Assembly (NCBI GenBank): GCA_963848295.1
Contig: CAWKDB010000002.1
Span: forward strand, 1,280,001-1,344,000
Source of the DNA: an uncultured delta proteobacterium
Lineage (GTDB): Bacteria > Myxococcota_A > Polyangia > Haliangiales > Haliangiaceae
Reading direction: 5' to 3'
DNA: 64,000 bases
Of the stretch, positions 60,947-64,000 are shown one piece after another; the first letter of the stretch is position 1, and every line of letters begins with the position of its first letter. The notes below the pieces were generated by a model. It ran no database searches, was not told the DNA's origin, and worked only from the letters and a program-made list of their open reading frames with translations. The position numbers and the translations under genes were made by a program.

Positions 60947-62642
60947 CTACTTCGTAGCCGCGGCGCCGGTCGGCGGCTTGGCGGCGGCGTTCGGCGCCGG
61001 TGCCAGCTTCTTCGCCGAGAGCGAGTACGTCATCGTGATCCTCGTCACACCCTTGAGCGGATGCTTCGGCAGCTTCCAGGTCTTCGCGAAGTCGGCGATG
61101 CAACCCGCGACCGCCGCGAGGTCCGCCATCCCCGCTTTGGGCTCGGTGGTCACGCCTCGCATCACGCCGGTCTCGTCCGATTCGAGCTTCAACACGACGT
61201 TGCCGCCGAGCTTCGGATTGCCCGAAGCGAACTGCTCGTAGCACGCCAGCGCTTCCTGGCTGTGGCGACCGAGCAGCGCGCCGATCGCGGCTTTGTCGTG
61301 CGCACCGACGTCATGCTTCATGCCCTTGAGCGTCGCCTCGAGGATCGTGAGGTTCTTGCCGGCTTCGGCGCGCATCTCGTTGTTGCTGACGAGCAGCGGT
61401 AGCGTCGCCGAGTACAGGTCGTGCGCTGGATCGTAGTAGCGATAGTCGTTCGCGGTCGCGTACAGGATGTGGAACAGCTTGCCCATGATGAACGTGTTCT
61501 CGACGACGTTCTCGATATCCTTGCTGCTGCACTTCGTGCCGCACGCCGGCATCGCCGCGAGCGCTTCTTTCGCGTGCTTCGCGGCGAGGGCGGGATCGTC
61601 GAGCCGCACCAGGTAGTCGGCCTCCTGATAGCGCAGGTAGACGAGATCGTCGGCCGGCACCTTCGGGCCGAGCACCGCGATCGCCCGATCGATCGCAGCG
61701 ACCGCGTCGGCCCAGCGGCCGGCGTACTGGTACGACTGCTGGCCGAGCTTCGCGAGGATCGCGTACTGCTGCTGCGGGCTGTTGCCGAACATCTCCTCGA
61801 GCTTCGGCATCGCGGTCGCCATCGGCACGTGCGTCCGGCCGGCGAACATGATCAGCGTCTCGCGATCGAGGATCTCGCGACCGGCCATGTTCTTCCAGCC
61901 TTGCTCGGCGAGCACGATCGCATCCCACGCGCCCGGGCCATCGTTCGAACGGAACTTCGCCCATGCGGTGACGTAGGCGAGCTCGGGTGTCGTCGCGGTC
62001 GCGGGCTGCGCGTTGACCGCGGCCAGCGCTTCGGCGGTCTTGTCCTGCTCGAGCAGCGAGAACGCCCACCACGCGCGGTTGACCGCGATGTTCGGATCTT
62101 TCGGCGCCTTCGCGACGAGCTCGCCCCACGCCTTCTCGGCCGCGGCGAAGTCGGGCTTGTGAGTCTCCGGATCGGTGACCATCAGCTCGTAGCTGCCGAG
62201 CAGCCGCAGCGTGACCACGTCGGCCTTGGCGCCGGCGCTCTGCGCGGCGTCACGCAGGACCTGACGCGCTTCGACGAGCGACTTCTGCTGGTCATCGCCG
62301 GTCTGGGTCTTCGACTGCTGATAGAGCAGCGTCGCGAGCACGCCGGCCTGCGCTTCCTTCTCGACCTGATCCCTCGTGTGGGCGAGTACCAGCCGCTGCT
62401 TGGCCACGGTGACGCCGCGCGCCCTCGAGTTGACCAGCGGCACGCCCGGGCGGCCGAGGGCCTCGGGCTCGAGGATGATGCCCTTGAGCTCGAATCGGTG
62501 GAATCTCGAACGACACGTCGCCGCGCGTGGCCGACTTCGCTCCGCCGCTGCCGCTGCCCGCCCCGCTTGGAGTCTTCGAGCCTTCGGTCGGTCCGCCGCA
62601 AGCGATGACCGCAACCAACGCGAGCGCGATGGAGATACGCAT
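60947..62642 (-). CDS. TPR-like lipoprotein with AgmX/PglI-like C-terminal domain (indel at ~62495)
   Basis: MRISIALALVAVIAC in one frame joins the long helical ORF; CYE...NPKLGG.V motif. Confidence 0.72.
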
Positions 62643-62708
62643 CAGGGAGGTTTACACCCCATCGGCGCGCGCTCGTCAATCGTGAGTGCGTGATATGGTC
62701 GCGCCCCC

Positions 62709-62918
62709 GTGCGGTTGACGTTACTTCTGGCGGCCCTTACCGCTTTCACCCCGGCCTGCGTCCGCGTCCACCCCTACCAGCGCGAGAACCTCGCCAAGCG
62801 GTCGATGACCAACGATCGCGCCCCCGGCGAGATCCGGTTCAAGGCACACGAACGCGGCGCACGCGAAGGCGCCGAGGGTGGAACCGGGCAGCCGGGTGGC
62901 GGATGCGGCTGCAACTGA
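62709..62918 (+). CDS. DUF4266 family lipoprotein
   Basis: C.RVHPYQRENLA...REGA.GG...GGGCGCN. Confidence 0.85.
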   Translation: MRLTLLLAALTAFTPACVRVHPYQRENLAKRSMTNDRAPGEIRFKAHERGAREGAEGGTGQPGGGCGCN

Positions 62919-64000
62919 GCGCGCTGGTCGGGCGCCGCCCGACTCGCTTCGTTCGCGTGGCTCGTTGCGGGGTCGGCGCAGCGCTCGTGCTGGCCGCCGT
63001 CGCGCCGGCTCGCGCCGATGGCGACCTCGAGGCACGCACGGTCTATTACAAGGAGCGCTCGACCCGCGTCATCCAGCCGATGCTCGACGGCATGTTCGAC
63101 GCCGGCGCCCACGGCTTGGTCGTCGCGCACTTCCTCGTCGATGCGATCACGTCGGCGTCGGTCGGCTCGGGTGCGGCGAACGCGACGCCGTTCACCGAGA
63201 AGCGCTACGAAGCCGGCGCCGGCTACACGCGCGAGCTAGAGCCGCTGCGACTCAAGGCCGACGGCAAGTACTCGACCGAGCCCGACTACCAGTCGCTCTA
63301 CGGCGGGCTCGGCGCCGAGATCGATCTCAACGAGAAGAACACCGTCGTCGGCGTGACCGGCGGCTACAGCCGCGACGAGGTCGAGAGCACGAGCGCGCAG
63401 GGGCCGTACGTGCCGCCCTACCCGTGCCTCGCGGCCGGCGATCACTGCAACGTCCACACGACCTCCGGCTTCGCCTCGCTCAGCCAGATCGTCAGCCGCA
63501 ACATGGTCGTCGGCGCGAGCTACGACATCGCGAAGATCGACGGCTTCCAACAAAACGCGTACCGCCTCGTGCTGACGAGCACGACATTCGTGCCCGAGCG
63601 CCACCCCGACGATCGCACGCGCCAGAGCTTCGCGGTGTCGGCGCGTTACTATCTGCCGGCGTCGCAGACCACGTTCATCGCCGCGTACCGCTACTACCGC
63701 GACGACTGGCACATCCACGCGCACACCCCCGAGCTGCGGATCGTGCAAGAGGTCGGCCGGTTCGCCGACGCGACGTTCGGCTATCGCTATTACCGGCAGA
63801 ACGCGGCGTTCTTCTACGAGGAGCGCTATCCGAGCGCGATCGCGGCCGACAACAAGTATCCGACGTGTGGCGGTTTGACCAAGGACGGCACGCCGTGCTT
63901 CTCGGACGATCCGAAGATGTCGGCATTCGACGGCGACACCCTCACCGCGAAGCTCGGCGTCTACGGCCAAGAATTCAACCTCGGTGGCCTGTGGGCCGGC
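62903..64000 (+). CDS. DUF3570 family outer-membrane protein (partial)
   Basis: Manual translation MRLQL...VDAITSAS...STEPDY...ERHPD.R...YRYYRDDW.IHAHT; overlaps the DUF4266 end. Confidence 0.8.
   Translation, partial: MRLQLSALVGRRPTRFVRVARCGVGAALVLAAVAPARADGDLEARTVYYKERSTRVIQPMLDGMFDAGAHGLVVAHFLVDAITSASVGSGAANATPFTEKRYEAGAGYTRELEPLRLKADGKYSTEPDYQSLYGGLGAEIDLNEKNTVVGVTGGYSRDEVESTSAQGPYVPPYPCLAAGDHCNVHTTSGFASLSQIVSRNMVVGASYDIAKIDGFQQNAYRLVLTSTTFVPERHPDDRTRQSFAVSARYYLPASQTTFIAAYRYYRDDWHIHAHTPELRIVQEVGRFADATFGYRYYRQNAAFFYEERYPSAIAADNKYPTCGGLTKDGTPCFSDDPKMSAFDGDTLTAKLGVYGQEFNLGGLWAG

Overview
Very GC-rich chromosomal region with about 60 genes. MYXO-CTERM, an FrzS/AglZ-like protein, PEGA proteins and Cys-rich lipoproteins suggest Myxococcota (inference). 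Housekeeping genes include mltG, ruvX, secA, ald, hflX, ffh, dusB, mobA and mpl. The window also has Liv and Dpp/Opp ABC transporters, an ECF sigma/anti-sigma pair and signalling proteins. About 11 single-base indels, two of them in secA, look like long-read assembly errors. I saw no tRNA, rRNA, CRISPR array, transposase or prophage. Main findings: (1) an unannotated candidate sRNA (about 957-1186, minus strand) with a sigma54-type promoter, three hairpins each showing a UCCCCC loop, and a terminator; (2) four sigma54 promoters whose GC lies 13-14 nt before a start codon, implying (near-)leaderless mRNAs, alongside many leaderless sigma70-type starts and one bidirectional -10 box; (3) a dusB-coupled protein with a dead AAA+ domain and a Fis-type C-terminus; (4) a secreted M24 pseudo-peptidase; (5) LivK-LivH and Mpl-GNAT fusions; (6) an unannotated 53-aa sigma54-driven small protein.
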